Program-made: the position numbers and the translations under genes
Notes under the pieces: generated by a model
Databases searched by the model: none
What the model saw: only the letters and a program-made list of their open reading frames with translations
Told to the model about the DNA's origin: nothing
Shown here: piece after piece, positions 47,590-59,988 of the stretch
Layout: every line of letters starts with the position of its first letter
Position numbering within the stretch: the stretch's first letter is position 1
Source: Felis catus
Lineage: Eukaryota
Direction of reading: 5' to 3'
Assembly (NCBI RefSeq): GCF_018350175.1
Contig: NC_058371.1
Span: 1,302,001-1,366,000, forward strand
DNA: 64,000 nt

Positions 47590-47700
47590 GCATAAGCTGC
47601 ACAGACTTCTTATTTGGAACAGGTGGGGAAACTGAGGTTGGTCACGCGACTGTGGACCGAACACCTGGTCGGTGGGGCTGGGATGGAGGCCAGCACGTGG
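47590..47700 (-). mobile_element. MIR core fragment
   Basis: acaggtggggaaactgaggttggtcacgcgactg...ggtcggtggggctgggatgga resembles acagatgaggaaactgaggc...agtggcagagctgggattt. Confidence 0.5.
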
Positions 47701-48582
47701 CTCAGAGCTGGTTCTCGACCGCTGAGCAAAGCTGCCTCTCCCATCATTGTTCTCGGAAGTGGCAAATTGGATTTTCCGTCTCTTCAAGTGAAGAAGGAAA
47801 AGTCTGTTAGAGTAAGGGGGAAAAACCCTAGGACAACTCCCCCCACCATATAGATTAAAAACAGCATCCCAAATTGTGGTATAAAGTGGGTTCCTATTTT
47901 GAGTTGAGTTTCCCTTTTAGCACACTTTTAAATTCTGTGCTTGAGGCCCATTTAATCTAACTTTAGATTGGGGGGCTTAACTGATTGAGGGTAAGGGGGG
48001 CTTACCCGACCAAATATACTCTCTCTATAAATATACTCTGCCCTGAATTTGCATTCAGCTTTTCCAAAGTATGCGTAGAAACCAGCTACATGGCACACAG
48101 CCTTGCTTAACTGTGTGTGGGGCTGGCCTCCATGCAGAAAGTACTAGAAGCCCCTCAGCAGGAAGGAAAGGAGAACAAGGGGAAAGAAACTTGGTAGCTA
48201 TACAAACGTGATGCTGCGTGAATTTCCCACGAGAATAATGTAGGACCAAAGTGGGGGAAACAGCAGAAACAGAGAGGCTCATGAGCCATTCCTAATAAAC
48301 AGGTGGCTGAACCGTCGACATGGACTGGACCGGGGAGGGGGGCTGCTCCCTCTGTGGTCCTGGGGGGGCTGGACACTTGCCACGGTTGTGCGAGATCTCG
48401 TCTCGTTTGTACAACCGACAAACCCATTTCTGTAGATTTGGTATTAGGCAGTCATTGATTTATAGTGATGGGTAGTTCTTTCAATATGCTTCTAACTGAA
48501 GAATTCATCGAAGTGCTTAGTACTCTTTTATAGCACAGATGTTGATAACCATTCACATAACTAGACGTTTTAAATGGCTACA

Positions 48583-48844
48583 GGGACACCTGGGTGGCTC
48601 AGTAGGTTAAGCGTTGACTTCGGCTCAGGTCGTGATCTCGTGGTTTGTGAGTTTGAGACCCGTGTTGGGCTCTGTGCTGACAGCTCAGAGCTTGGAGCCT
48701 GCCTCATATTCTGTGTCTTCCTCTCTCTCTGCCCTCTTCCACTCATGCTGTCTCTCTCTGTCTCTCTGTCTCTGTCTCTTTCTCTCTTTCTCTCTCTCTC
48801 AGACATAAGTAAACATTAAAAAAATATTTTTAAATAAATAAATG
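48583..48844 (+). mobile_element. Can-SINE (SINEC_Fc-like)
   Basis: gggacacctgggtggctcagtaggttaagcg..., expanded CT/CTGT tract. TSD aatggcta at 48573-48580 and 48845-48852. Confidence 0.96.
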
Positions 48845-51352
48845 AATGGCTATGGTTGTGCCCAGGTTGGGGGAGTGCCTTCTGAAATACCTCATATAAA
48901 AGGAACCAAATGTAAAAGCACTAAGTCTACACTACAGGCTTCCCAGCACTGTGATTTTGTAGCCAAATGGTTGGGGCTTATGCAGAAAAATGAAATATTC
49001 CATGGTTACAGTTTAAGCACGTGAAAAGAACAGAAAATTCTATATTAGAATGTAATCTGAGAATAAAAATCAAGCTCCAAAAAACAAAGTTTTGAGGAAG
49101 TAAAGCTTGGATGAAAAGATGCATTAATATAATTGATGTGTAGTATTTATTTAGTGCTAATCTCTTCATTAAAATGCATTCTGAATGTTCATAAGTTCTA
49201 GAGATTTAATTATGGATATGCTATTTACCATTGTATTATAAAATTGCATAAAATTACCACCTTTCTGAACATCTGCGCTGATTAAATAATATAAATGTCC
49301 TCGTGCCTCCGTTCCCATCAAGTGTCTGCTCTTTCAGACACTGATTTACTTAAGACCTCGTTCAAAGTGAAACTCCCATCCGCGGTCACTGTCGTAGCTG
49401 AAGTTTGCTTCCCGAGTTTATAACGTATGGCGAAAGCGGGCTTTCACTAACTGGCCGGTTTCTGTGGGGAGCTGTCCACACGTGGGAACTTTCTTACCGG
49501 GGCTGTGGATGGACATGTGGCTTTTTCTCAGCTTCCTCAAAGAGGTGATTTATCAACACATCGATCTGTGTGCTATTGATTGGTTCAGTGATTGTTATGA
49601 TACCACTAACCCAGACCATCCTGCATCTGGTTATTTTTATCAGACAGATATGCTTAAGGCTCTTTCCATTAAAATGAAGGCGGGGGTGGGGGGGTAGTGT
49701 TTGAAAAGCAACACTTGCATTGGTGGAAGTTACTCTTCTGTGATTTCAATTAACCTCTTGACCATTTATTTAATACTTAGTGCATTTCTCTCTGCTAGAC
49801 AACCATGAATGATCTTATCATCTTAATACTGCAGATATACGGGTAGCTCTAAACTTTACAAAGTAACTTAGAGCTTTTCTCATGTCACAACAGCAATTCA
49901 CGGTCATTATAGGCAAGATACTAAAACATAATGCCGCCTCCGAGAGATGACCGTGGTGGACACTGGGTGTCCTTCTTCCCGCCCCCACTCCCTCCCACAC
50001 ACATATGTAAGCATCCAACATTCTTCTCTGCTCTACTGTAACTGCTCACTGTGTTACGAATTTCTTTTCACATCACTGCATCTCTTTCTGCAACACAGGG
50101 AGCCCGACTAAAGTGTTGAGGTCAGATCAGGGAGGAGTGGCACTAATTCAATGCAAAAGCCTATCTTGATCATTTTCAATCAAATGGAGGTGTGGGCCAG
50201 TTGCATGGCTGACGGACTTCTGACAGTCCTGTGACTTTCCCCGTGCCTATGATGGTTGTGCCCACGCAGGTGTGGGGGGCTGGGGAGAGCACGGCCCCTC
50301 GCACCCCCCCACCCCGTGTCATCTGCGGGATCCCCATCCTCTCTGGCAGTGGGGCCGGGACACAGCAGGCTCAGCCAGGCCTGTGTCAGTGGACGCTAAG
50401 GCCGTGTTCGAGGGTTCAGCCGTGAGCCACAACACTATTAAATTCTTACGTTATTAAAAGGGAAATTGTGGGGTTTCCTATCTTCGGAGATCGGTGTCTC
50501 AACCGTTTCCATATTTAATGCCTTCCCTCGTCGTGTTTTGCTTGACATCCTTCATCTGGCATCATTTCTATGTTGGCACTGCGCCTTCCCTCTTGAGTTC
50601 AAAGAGCCCCGTCATCAGCGTGTTGAGAAGCCCTCCGTCCTGTCTCCGCCGTCACCCTTACGTGGGTGTTCCTTCTCACGTTTCAGGCCCATGATGCCGT
50701 GATTTGAATGACAGTCTCCTTTCCTGTGTGTTTACCCCACGCCCTGTGGAACCCCTCACGGTCACCCTCCAGACCGCTAATACTCACAAGCTCAAATAAA
50801 CACTGTGGCTCAAAGGAAGTACATTTAAATAATAAACTTCTGAGCAACGGTCTTGAAAACCTGGACATTTCTTTGCTGTTCTTTTTAAATCTGTTTTTAG
50901 AGATGCAACTTTCTCCGTTACTGTTCCCAATCACTAGCTTTCAGGCTGAGTGCATTGCGTTGATGACCCTGAGATAGTAAGGGAAAGATGGGGGGAGGGG
51001 CACAGGGCAAGCCGGGGTTCTGTGCACCTGACTTACAAGTGTGCTGCCTTGTGTAAACCGCTCGGATATCTTTGGAGTGTCCACTAACCTCAAACATCAT
51101 GGTAGGTGCTGGGCATCAAAGGTGGGAACAGAACAGGGTGTGTGCCCTCAGAGAGCGCCTACTCCTGTTCACAAGCTGATATGTGGACTGAAAATGGAGC
51201 AGAGATCTTGTGGGTCTCAGCACAGACAGGGCCCCCACTCCCAGGGTGGTCTGGCTCTGCCTTTGTCCTGGGGTGGTAATCATTCCTGCCCCTCCCCTCT
51301 CCCGACTGCCCTACAGGGAAAGTAAATGAGTCATCCCAGCCCTGAAGTGGAG

Positions 51353-51523
51353 CGGGATGCTCAGAGCCCAGGCTGAGCCTGAGAAGCACCGGGAGGTTTT
51401 CATGAGGATGGGGGTCTGCCCTCAGCCCGGATTCCAGCGGACAGGTCTGAGATGGGGTCAGGCCCAGACGGTGTTCGAAGCTCCCAGATGGTTCTCAGGT
51501 GCAGCCAGGGCTGCGAGCCAGTA
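51353..51523. mobile_element. MER5A1-like DNA transposon
   Basis: gagaagcaccgggaggtttt...aggtctgagatggggtcagg...aagctcccagatggttctcaggtgcagccagggctgcgagcca. Confidence 0.65.
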
Positions 51524-51789
51524 TAATGAGCAGTGTGACGAGCGGTGCCATGAGCGAGGTGCGTCAGGGCGCTGAGGTGGGTCGGATGGCTCAGCCTGAG
51601 TGATCAAAGAGGGTTTCACAGAACAGACGCCGACCAGGCTTCCAGGGTGACTGAAACTGACAAAGCCCGTGTGGAGTTCAGCATTTCAGGAAGACTGACC
51701 AGGAAAGGCGGCAAGGGAAAAGCACGGCCCGTGCATGGATCTGGGGCGGGCCCCACGCTTGTAGCAGCGCTCCTCGTGTTTTGCTCTTG

Positions 51790-51895
51790 TCGAGGCCGAG
51801 TCTGGGCCCTGAGCCCTGGGGGCTGAGTCACACTCTGCATTTGTAACAAGACCCAGGCAGTGCTTGTGAGGTCCTGGAACAACACTTTGAAAGGG
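51790..51895. mobile_element. MER5A half
   Basis: ctgcatttgtaacaagacccaggcagtgcttgtgaggtcctggaacaacactttga. Confidence 0.55.
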
Positions 51896-52164
51896 AGAGG
51901 TTTTCAGCCTACGGTGGAAACAGGGAACACTCGCACGGATACGCACTCAGCAACCCTGCTCGGGCCTCACTGTGAAGGCTCCTACTGTGAGAAGCCCCGA
52001 GCCCAGCCAGCTCTCATGTGAAAGCTGCTCAGACATAACACCTCATCTACAAAGTCGTCGTGAAGATCTAATGCACGATGCAGGCGTGCTGGGCTGGGAA
52101 GACCCACCAAAGTAGGGGTGGTTGAGGCTATTGTACTCGCCCTTTGGGTTAACAGAGGCTATCT

Positions 52165-53216
52165 GGGAGCCTCATGCCCACTCTCATAGGGTCGTTAGGG
52201 AGCACCTCCTCATGCCCATTCTCATTGGGTCATCTAGGAGCACTTCCTCATGCCCGTCCTCATAGGGCCATTAGGGAGCACCTCCTTATGTCCATCCTCA
52301 TTGGGTCATCTAGGAGCACTTCCTCATGCCTATCCTCATAGAGTCATTAGGGAGCACCTCCTCATGCCCATCCTCATCAGGGCCATCAGGGAGCACTTCC
52401 TCATGCCCATCTTCCTCAGAGTCATTCGGGAGCATCTCCTCATGTCCATCCTCATGGGGACTTCCAGGACCTCTTCATCATGTCCATCCTCATAGGGTCA
52501 TCTAGGAGCACTTCCTCATCTCCACCTCCATCGGGGCCACAGGGAGCACTTCCTCATGCCCATCCTCATCAGGGCCATCAGGGAGCACTTCCTCATGCCC
52601 ATCCTCATAGGTTCATTAGGGAGCATCTCCTCATGCCCGTCCTCATCAGGGCCATCAGGGAGCACCTCCTCATGCCCATTCTCATTGGGTCATCTAGGAG
52701 CACTTCCTCATGCCTGTCCTCATAGAGTCATTAGGGAGCACCTCCTCATGTCCATCCTCATTGGGTCATCTAGGAGCACTTCCTCATGCCCGTCCTCATA
52801 GGGCCATTAGGGAGCACCTCCTTATGTCCATCCTCATTGGGTCATCTAGGAGCACTTCCTCATGCCTATCTTCATAGAGTCATCAGGGAGCACCTCCTCA
52901 TGCCCATCCTCATCAGGGCCATCAGGGAGCACCTCCTCATGCCCATCCTCATCAGGGCCATCAGGGAGCACTTCCTCATGCCCATCCTCATAGGGCCATC
53001 AGGGAGCACCTCCTCATGCCCATCCTCACGGGGATTTCCAGGACCTCTTCATCATGTCCATCCTCATAGGGTCATCTAGGAGCACTTCCTCATCTCCACC
53101 TCCATCGGGGCCACAGGGAGCACTTCCTCATGCCCATCCTCATAGGGTCATTTGGGAGCACCTCCTCATGTCCATCTTCCTCAGAGTCATTAGGGAGCAT
53201 TTCCTCATGTCCATCC
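52165..53216. repeat. Minisatellite, ~28 units of 38-39 bp, with a 14-unit higher-order repeat
   Basis: Unit approximately GGAGCACYTCCTCATGYCCATCCTCAT(A/CA/T)GGGYCATYW. gagca anchors recur every 38-39 bp from 52200 to 53194. Confidence 0.97.
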
Positions 53217-53739
53217 ATATCTTGGTGCCTGTTTTCCCTTCCACACTTTGTCTTTCCTACTGATGGTTCTCTCTCGCTAAAATTATCTGACAGTGCAGTT
53301 CTAAATAATGGATGTACCAAGTTTCTGGGATGAGGAAAATGCTACAAAATGAAGCTGTATGAGGATGCCAGCTGTCACTGCAGCTGAACAGCAAAGAAAA
53401 ATTTTCCCTCCTCTGATGTTTGTGTCTTTATGCTCACATGTTCAAAAGCTTGAGAGACAGAAAAAAAAAATGCTATTTAAGAAAATAGAAGAAAGAGTGT
53501 TGGAACTAGTAAAGTAAAAAAAAATAATTTTTATTTTAAAAGAAACACTGTAATAACCAGTCCTTTAAAAATTGCTTAGTAAAACATGTTCTCATGATTT
53601 TTAAGCTAAAGTGCTGATTTATGTTTGTGTAATTTCCTTCTCTATTTGAAAGCTCATCATACCTTCACGTTGTGAACTTGATGCGAAAGATCCAGTGTCT
53701 GTGAATTACAGACTACTTCCCATTGTCTCTGTGGATTTT

Positions 53740-53880
53740 TTTTTTAATTTGAAAAAAAAAAAGCAAAAAGTTTGCTCAAATTCCCACATCCCAGAGATAA
53801 CCACTGTTAATATTTTGCTAAATCTTTATCTTAGCCTTTGTATATTCATATATATAAAAGCTTTGCACTGGTTGTCATTT
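53740..53880 (-). mobile_element. L1ME-like 3' fragment
   Basis: aaattcccacatcccagagataaccactgttaatattttg is the typical L1ME 3' reverse-complement motif. Confidence 0.5.
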
Positions 53881-53921
53881 AAACCAGGAAGTGGACATTG
53901 GTTATAAAAGATAACCTTTCT

Positions 53922-54142
53922 GGGGCTCCTGGGTAGCTCAGTTGGTTGAGCGTCCGACTTCGGCTCCGGTCATGATCTCACAGTCTGTGAGTTCGAGCCC
54001 CGCATCGAGCTCTGTGCCGACAGCTCGGAGCCTGGAGCCTGCTTTGGAGTCTGTGTCTCCCTCTCTCTCTGTGACCCTCCCCCATTCATGCTCTGTCTCT
54101 CTCTGTCTCAAAGAAATAAATAAATGTTAAAAAAAATTCTTA
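53922..54142 (+). mobile_element. Can-SINE (SINEC_Fc-like)
   Basis: Full length with A and B boxes. Perfect 16-bp TSD aaaagataacctttct at 53906-53921 and 54143-54158. Confidence 0.98.
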
Positions 54143-54179
54143 AAAAGATAACCTTTCTAAATCACTGATGATCTTAATA

Positions 54180-54390
54180 CCCAACACTCATTTAACAGTT
54201 CATACACAGTACTTTATGTGCATTATTTCTTTTAATTTTTTTGATCACCCGTCAAAGTAAGTTTAGTGATGGTCAATATTCTACATCCAGCGAAGGTGGA
54301 GCTCAGAGACAGAGCTGCGAGTTTAGGTGGCTGATGAACGGAGGAGCTATCCTTTCAAGTCACATCTGACTCAAAGCCCTTAATCACTGC
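54180..54390 (-). mobile_element. MIR SINE
   Basis: cactcatttaacagttcatacacagtactttatgtgcattatttcttttaatttttt...gatcacccgtcaaagtaagt...ggagctcagagac...catctgactcaaagccc. Confidence 0.6.
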
Positions 54391-56435
54391 GCTTTCCGGG
54401 CTGTCTCCACTCCACCCGCTGTTTGGTCCTAGGACGCTGCGCTCAGTTGTGTGTGCTGGGAATTGGCTGACAGAAAGACTGAGCAGGCCTGGTTGTTGAG
54501 ATGTCTGAGGAGCTGGTGTTTGAGTTCATAGGCCATTCTTCCTGTGGAGCTCCTGTGGAGCTGACCTCACATCACTTCTTTCCTCCTCCCACTTGTAAGG
54601 TCATCCAGGTGAGACCGGCCCACAGACACTGGTTCCCCTTCTGTCGTACATTTTTCCTGTGGCTGGTGGGCTTTATGGCGAGGGGCACGCTGCCCGCTGG
54701 CAGGCTCTTCTGTCCCACGCAGCCGAGGGGCAGTCACGGTACGAGGAAGGTACGGACCAGCGTCTCCAGGTTGCTGTCAACCTCACCACCCCCAGCCTCA
54801 CGGCGCCCCACACATCACGTGGAGCGAAAGAGAGGCCCTGGGGCTTTTGCTCGTGAGATTTGCTGAATCCCCGTGGAGGTTAGAGAACATGCGCTGACCC
54901 AGAGGAAGGGAAGCTTGTCACTCTGAGAGCGTTGTTTACTCGGGTTTAGATAAACACAGCCGGTCGATGTGCCTGTTCTCCTTAGACTGTGTTGTTCGAC
55001 TCCTTTTGAATCCTTCCCGTAAGTAAGAAGGACTTAACCTCAGAATCGAAATTATTCATCTGAAGGGCGCAAGAACAAGCAATCACCGTTTGCCTTTTCT
55101 TCACCTGACCTCAGGCGTAACTGAGCAAAGTTGGTCCTGCCTGGACTCAGCATGGGGGCGCTGACCGCCTGCGTGCCCCCCCCACCCCGAGCCACACCCG
55201 GGAGGGCTGGCTCCGAACCCGTGCTGCTCCCCGCCCCCCTGCGTGTCACAGTGCATCCGGGAGGGCCTCAGGGTGTCCCCCTCCCTCACTTTCCACCTGG
55301 GGGAAGGGACCGACGTTTCATAATCTTTTTAGTCCAAAATTCAACAAAACCAGAACAAGAACAGAAGCGCACTCATGGTCGCCTTGAGGATCAAGTGGGA
55401 TAAACAGTATGTGCTTAGCGCAGTGTCTGCGAAGTAATCCGTTTGTTGTTTTGAGTCCTGGATCCTTATCGTCTGAGGTGAAGTTATTGAAACATGATTT
55501 TATATACAAGTTGGAGCCCTTTCGAGATTAGATTTTCTGCGTCAATAATACAGATGCTTCCTTAATCCCCGTCGGGGAGAACATCCAGAGTTTGACATCA
55601 GCTCCAAAACTGCCCCTCCCCCCTGCCAAGTCCACGACTGACCTCCAGGGACACCTGACCACGGGGACCCGTCACCTACCTCCGGGCCACTCTGTGACAG
55701 CAGCCCAGGCCTCCCTGAGTTTATCATCCCCACCACCCTGGCCTGAGAGCCCTGGTTTGGGGACGCGGAGGGGTTCCAGCCCACACCGTCTGCCGTCCAG
55801 GATTATGTATTTCTTGGCGGTGTAAACAAGCATGACAGACCGCCGAAACCCACTCGCTGCAGGCTGACCCTAGTGGTGACAAAAGACCCGAGTCACGCGC
55901 TCACCGTGTCCTGTTTTCTGCAAAGGCTCCGGCCTCCTGACGGAAGGAGCCACAGGCGCGCTCACGTGCCCCTGTCGGCGGGGAGCCCCTCGGGTCTGAA
56001 AGTCTTACCACGTAGGCTCCCCCGGACCAAACCCGAGGCAGCCTCCACCAGGGCCAGGGAGTACCGGAGCTCAGTCCCGCACCTGCACCTCCATGTCCAC
56101 ATCTGTCCCCCGGCACCCCCACAATGGCTGAGCTGGAGGAGGGAGGCCGGTTCCGCACGGCATGCGGGTCGGACAAGCCCTCTGTACAGGGAGTCACGTG
56201 AGGCCTCTGTAGGGGGGAGCTGGGTTTATACCATCCCATTATGACTCACCCAGCAGCATGCAGAATCTGGAACTAGTTTTGCCCCAGTGGCCCCTGCATC
56301 TGGCGTGTTGAGACAAACTAGAAGGCAGGAGACAAGGGACAGTCCCAGCAAAGGCACTGCTGATTCTAAGCTGCCGATTCTGAGCTGGAGGCCGAGCTGT
56401 GGTCACGGCAGCAGGTCTGAGCCCTGGTTTAGAGT

Positions 56436-56587
56436 CAGTGGTTCTCAAGGTGTTGCCCTTAGACCATTAGACCTGCAACTGTAGTATCACCTGTGAGCGT
56501 CTTGGAAATACAGATTCACGGGCCATCTCCCAACCCTCTGAGTCAGACTCCCTGATGAGGGGACCCATTCAGGTTTGAGAACCAGTT
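56436..56587. mobile_element. MER5A-family DNA transposon with internal deletion
   Basis: Terminal inverted repeats cagtggttctcaa and ttgagaaccagt; interior atcacctgtgagcgtcttggaaatacagattcacgggcc...ctgagtcagactccctg. Confidence 0.8.
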
Positions 56588-58016
56588 TTGGTACAAGGAG
56601 GGGGTGGCTGAATGTATTTTCAGTGGGTGCCCATGTCTGTGTGTGCCACAGATTGTAGAGATTCCAAACCTGCCAGGCAGCGTGCTTGGGCACGGCTTTC
56701 AAAGGTGAGGGAGGCATGGGCGTCCGCCGTTCGGAGAAGAGACACAGTCGCACGTCGTACAGTGTTGGAAGCTGCCAGACGGAGGCAGGCCAGCCACAAG
56801 TCGGAGGTCCTGTCTGGGATGAGCCTGGGGCTGAGCCGCTGAGGACGGACCGATGTGTGCAGGCGTCTGCAGCGAGGCCATTCCAGGGCATGGATGGGCA
56901 GCGCCCCGCTAACTCGGGGAACTGAGGGCAGTCGTGAGTCGTCTGTGGCTGAGCTTAGACGTGGGACCGCGCGGGGCGGCTCCAGGTCCGCGAGACCGGA
57001 GACCCGGAGACAAACACATATAGGTGTTGTGTGAGTACCGTCCGTGTGTGACAGAGACTGTGGTACCTTCCACCGTGAAGACGGCCCTCCCTGCGTGCCC
57101 CCCCCCCACTCAGCCCCGAGAGAGCACGGGCCGTAATGAAACCCACTCTTCTAACTGGGTTCTCATCAGGTCAGTCTAATTGCCTGTAACATGAGTGACA
57201 AAATTGAATGTACACCAGCCTGCGTGTGTGATTGCTTTGAAAATGGCTATGTATTCTGAATGAAAGACCCAGAAATTAGGTGGATTATTCCAGAGGACCA
57301 CCATTTGCAGCCTGAACTTAGTGACACTTCATAGAACCTCTCTTGGGCCCCCCTGGGAAGGAGCAAGCGTAATCTCATCTGTGTCTGTGGCCCCGGCCTG
57401 ACCTACCTTAGCATCATGTCCAGGCCTGAGAAGGAACGAAACTTTTTCAGAGCGCACAGGTTTGAAACCACCACCTGACTATGTAATCAGAGCATTTGGG
57501 AGGGTCAGTGAGGGCACGGCAATGGAGATTAGCTGTCAGCAGCCACTCTCATTACAATATGCGATTCCATATTAGCAGTATGTGTTCGTAACCATAAGCG
57601 GCTTGCAGACATTTCAGCCCGCTCCAAAACTGTAAAGCACCAGGCTCAAATTATTAAAAAAAAAAACAAAAACAAACCAAAAAAACCCTCTCATTAGACA
57701 GCTCACTTTGATTCCAGTCTCCATAGAGACGGGATATTCAGATGCGTTAAGATATTTTTGTCTTTGGGAGTGTTTATATGTCTTGGAATTTGGGCATGTG
57801 TGGAAACAAAAAGCCAGATGCCTCATCCAGTGTCTGAGATATGGTCTGGAGACGTGTCACGTTGGGCAGTGAGACGCGTGTGAGAAACAGAAGCAGAAGT
57901 TGCCACTGTTGAGTGGCAGATTCAGAGTTGAACCTGCAGAGTGACAAAAGCGTGGAAACTTCCTGAAAACGGGCGGGTCTGACATTCCCGGCTGGGGAGA
58001 GGATTGGAGTCTTCTT

Positions 58017-58164
58017 NNNNNNNNNNNNNNNNNNNNNNNNNNNNNNNNNNNNNNNNNNNNNNNNNNNNNNNNNNNNNNNNNNNNNNNNNNNNNNNNNNNN
58101 NNNNNNNNNNNNNNNNNNNNNNNNNNNNNNNNNNNNNNNNNNNNNNNNNNNNNNNNNNNNNNNN
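58017..58164. other. Assembly gap (148 N)
   Basis: Run of N inside a GC/CpG-rich stretch. Confidence 1.
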
Positions 58165-58902
58165 GCGCGAGCAGGACACCTTGTTCAGGGTCGTCAGCAG
58201 CATCTCCGCCACGAGGACCTGGGGCCCGTGTCCTGAGCCGCGTAATGGAAGACAGGGTGGTCTTCAGAGGGGATTTGCTGCCTTCGTTTCTTTTTAGACT
58301 AGAACAAAACCTCCTTTTCCTAAGTGCGCTGAAGGCAAAGATTTTCTTTGCCTTCAAAACATCACTTCCTTCGTCTCAGGAGGACGGAGGCTGGCTGTTC
58401 GCACCCGGGGACAGTCCTGCTGGCTTTCAGTACCAGTTGTGAAGTGAACCCAAACCAGCACCAGGAGCGTCAGACGCAGCGGCAGAGCGTTGCTGGCTTT
58501 GCGCCGGGGGCGTGGGGATGTACCCGGGGAGCATCCACTTCACGGACGCCTGATCTTTCTCAGATGAAGCGCCTACACGTGTCTGGGCTCCAGCAGGTGA
58601 ATCCTGTCCAAACGCGGGCGGGCGGCTTTCACTGCACCTTGTCTCCACGGTGTTTGCCGTGGGTTTGGCAGGCTGGCCCCGTTCTGGGACGCGCAGCAAG
58701 GAGCAGGCTCGCGGTCACGGGAACACAGTGAGAAGAGTGAGCGGAGCACGGTCAGAAGCCAGCGGTCCACTACGGACCCGTCCTGGCCCTGGTCCCCCGG
58801 TCCCGGGGACACTGGGTGTTCCTGGTCGCAGAAGCTGCACCAGGACCGCCGGGGGCTGCCCCTCTCTGGAGCCGCTAGGTGTTCAGAAAGCACAGCCATC
58901 AC

Positions 58903-59028
58903 GGGGTGCATGGGGGGCTCAGTCGGGTGAGCCTCCGACTCTTGATCTCAGCTCAGATCACGATCTCACAGTTCCTGGGATTGAGCCCCTTGTTGGGTTC
59001 TGTGCTGACAGTGCGGAGCCTGCTGGGG

Positions 59029-59079
<51 letters not shown>

Positions 59080-59107
59080 ATAAGCAAACAAACTTAAAGG
59101 AAAAAGC
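58903..59107 (+). mobile_element. Can-SINE (Fc2-like) with (TC)~22
   Basis: ggggtgcatggggggctcagtcgggtgagcctccgactcttgatctcagctcag...; TSD-like aagcacag(c/t)c(a/c)tc on both sides. Confidence 0.95.
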
Positions 59108-59884
59108 AAGCACAGTCCTCAGTGACTACTCTCGCATAGTCCAAGTCTGGGGAAGGAGGGTTCTGAACTGGACGCAGAGATGTGTCTCCAGGTGCAGCCT
59201 GAAGGTGTGTATGTGCAGAAGCTCGGGTCCTCGGATGCAGGAGGGACACTGCCGCAGGGTGAGCCCCCAGGCACTGTGCCGTGCTCAGCTCCTGGCTGCC
59301 AGCCTGGTCAGGACAGTGGGCAGCGGTGAGAGGCGGAGGGCACAGGGGTGAGGACACTGGCAGGGGCAGGGCTGCCTGTGGAGGCTTGGCGTGTCGAGAG
59401 CCGGTTTCCACAGCCTGTGCGCGTCCAACCCCACAAGTGACAGGGGAGGGTGGCGGGCAAAGAGCCAAGGTAACCCCACACCCAGACCCCTCTTTGCCTG
59501 CTGTGATCCCAGATTTGGGGAAAAGAGCTAAAAACAAGACGTGAGTCTATGGACAGTCATACTGAGGCCTGATTACAGGTGCACAGAGGAGTTAGATGCT
59601 AGAATATGACCACTCACGTCTTCCTCCCAAGAGAGACCCCTCCCTGCAACCTGTCTCCCTTCTCACCGGCAGTCTTGGGATGCATTGAGTCCTTGTGTCC
59701 CACTCCCCCTGACCTGTGCGCTCCCTGGGCCATCCCTCCCCCCACAGGTACAGAACCCATTTCTTGTCTCATTAAATGTCACTTCCCCAAGGAAGCATTT
59801 CTGCACCCCTAGCCTAAGCAGACTCGCCTGGAGAGTTGCCGAGTGAGTGTGCAAAATATCCTCCTAGTAAAACCCACCTTAGTA

Positions 59885-59988
59885 TCTTTTATTTGAAATA
59901 GGCTCCACGCCCAGTGTGCGGGTCTTGAACTCAGGACCCTGACACCAAGAGTCGAGTGTTCTACGGATTGAGCCCGCCGGGCGCCCCC
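59885..59988 (-). mobile_element. Short older Can-SINE (lacking the CT tract)
   Basis: aggctccacgcccagtgtgcgggtcttgaactcaggaccctgacaccaagagtcgagtgttctacggattgagcccgccgggcgcccc. Confidence 0.85.

Noticed and set aside
36308-51020. Exact 15-mer ggcaagccggggttc at 36308-36322 and 51006-51020
   Set aside because: One or two such matches are expected by chance in 64 kb, and the flanks do not align.
52250-53333. Repetitive ORFs (LMPILIRAIREH, SSCPSS, PHAHPHRVI) and a CRISPR-like periodicity
   Set aside because: The unit length is mostly not a multiple of 3, so frames rotate and terminate. Units are contiguous with no unique spacers, there are no cas genes, and the DNA is mammalian.
56940-58620. 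Possible additional MLT1 LTR remnants (~56940-57090, ~58430-58620; also ~13100-13250)
   Set aside because: Similarity is too patchy to call by eye; needs RepeatMasker/Dfam.
58650-59351. 233-aa ORF, and the recurring peptide AQVMIS..VSSSP..GSVLTA.SLEPA.DSVSPSLSAP in many ORFs
   Set aside because: These are translations of Can-SINE bodies, not a repeated protein domain or gene family.
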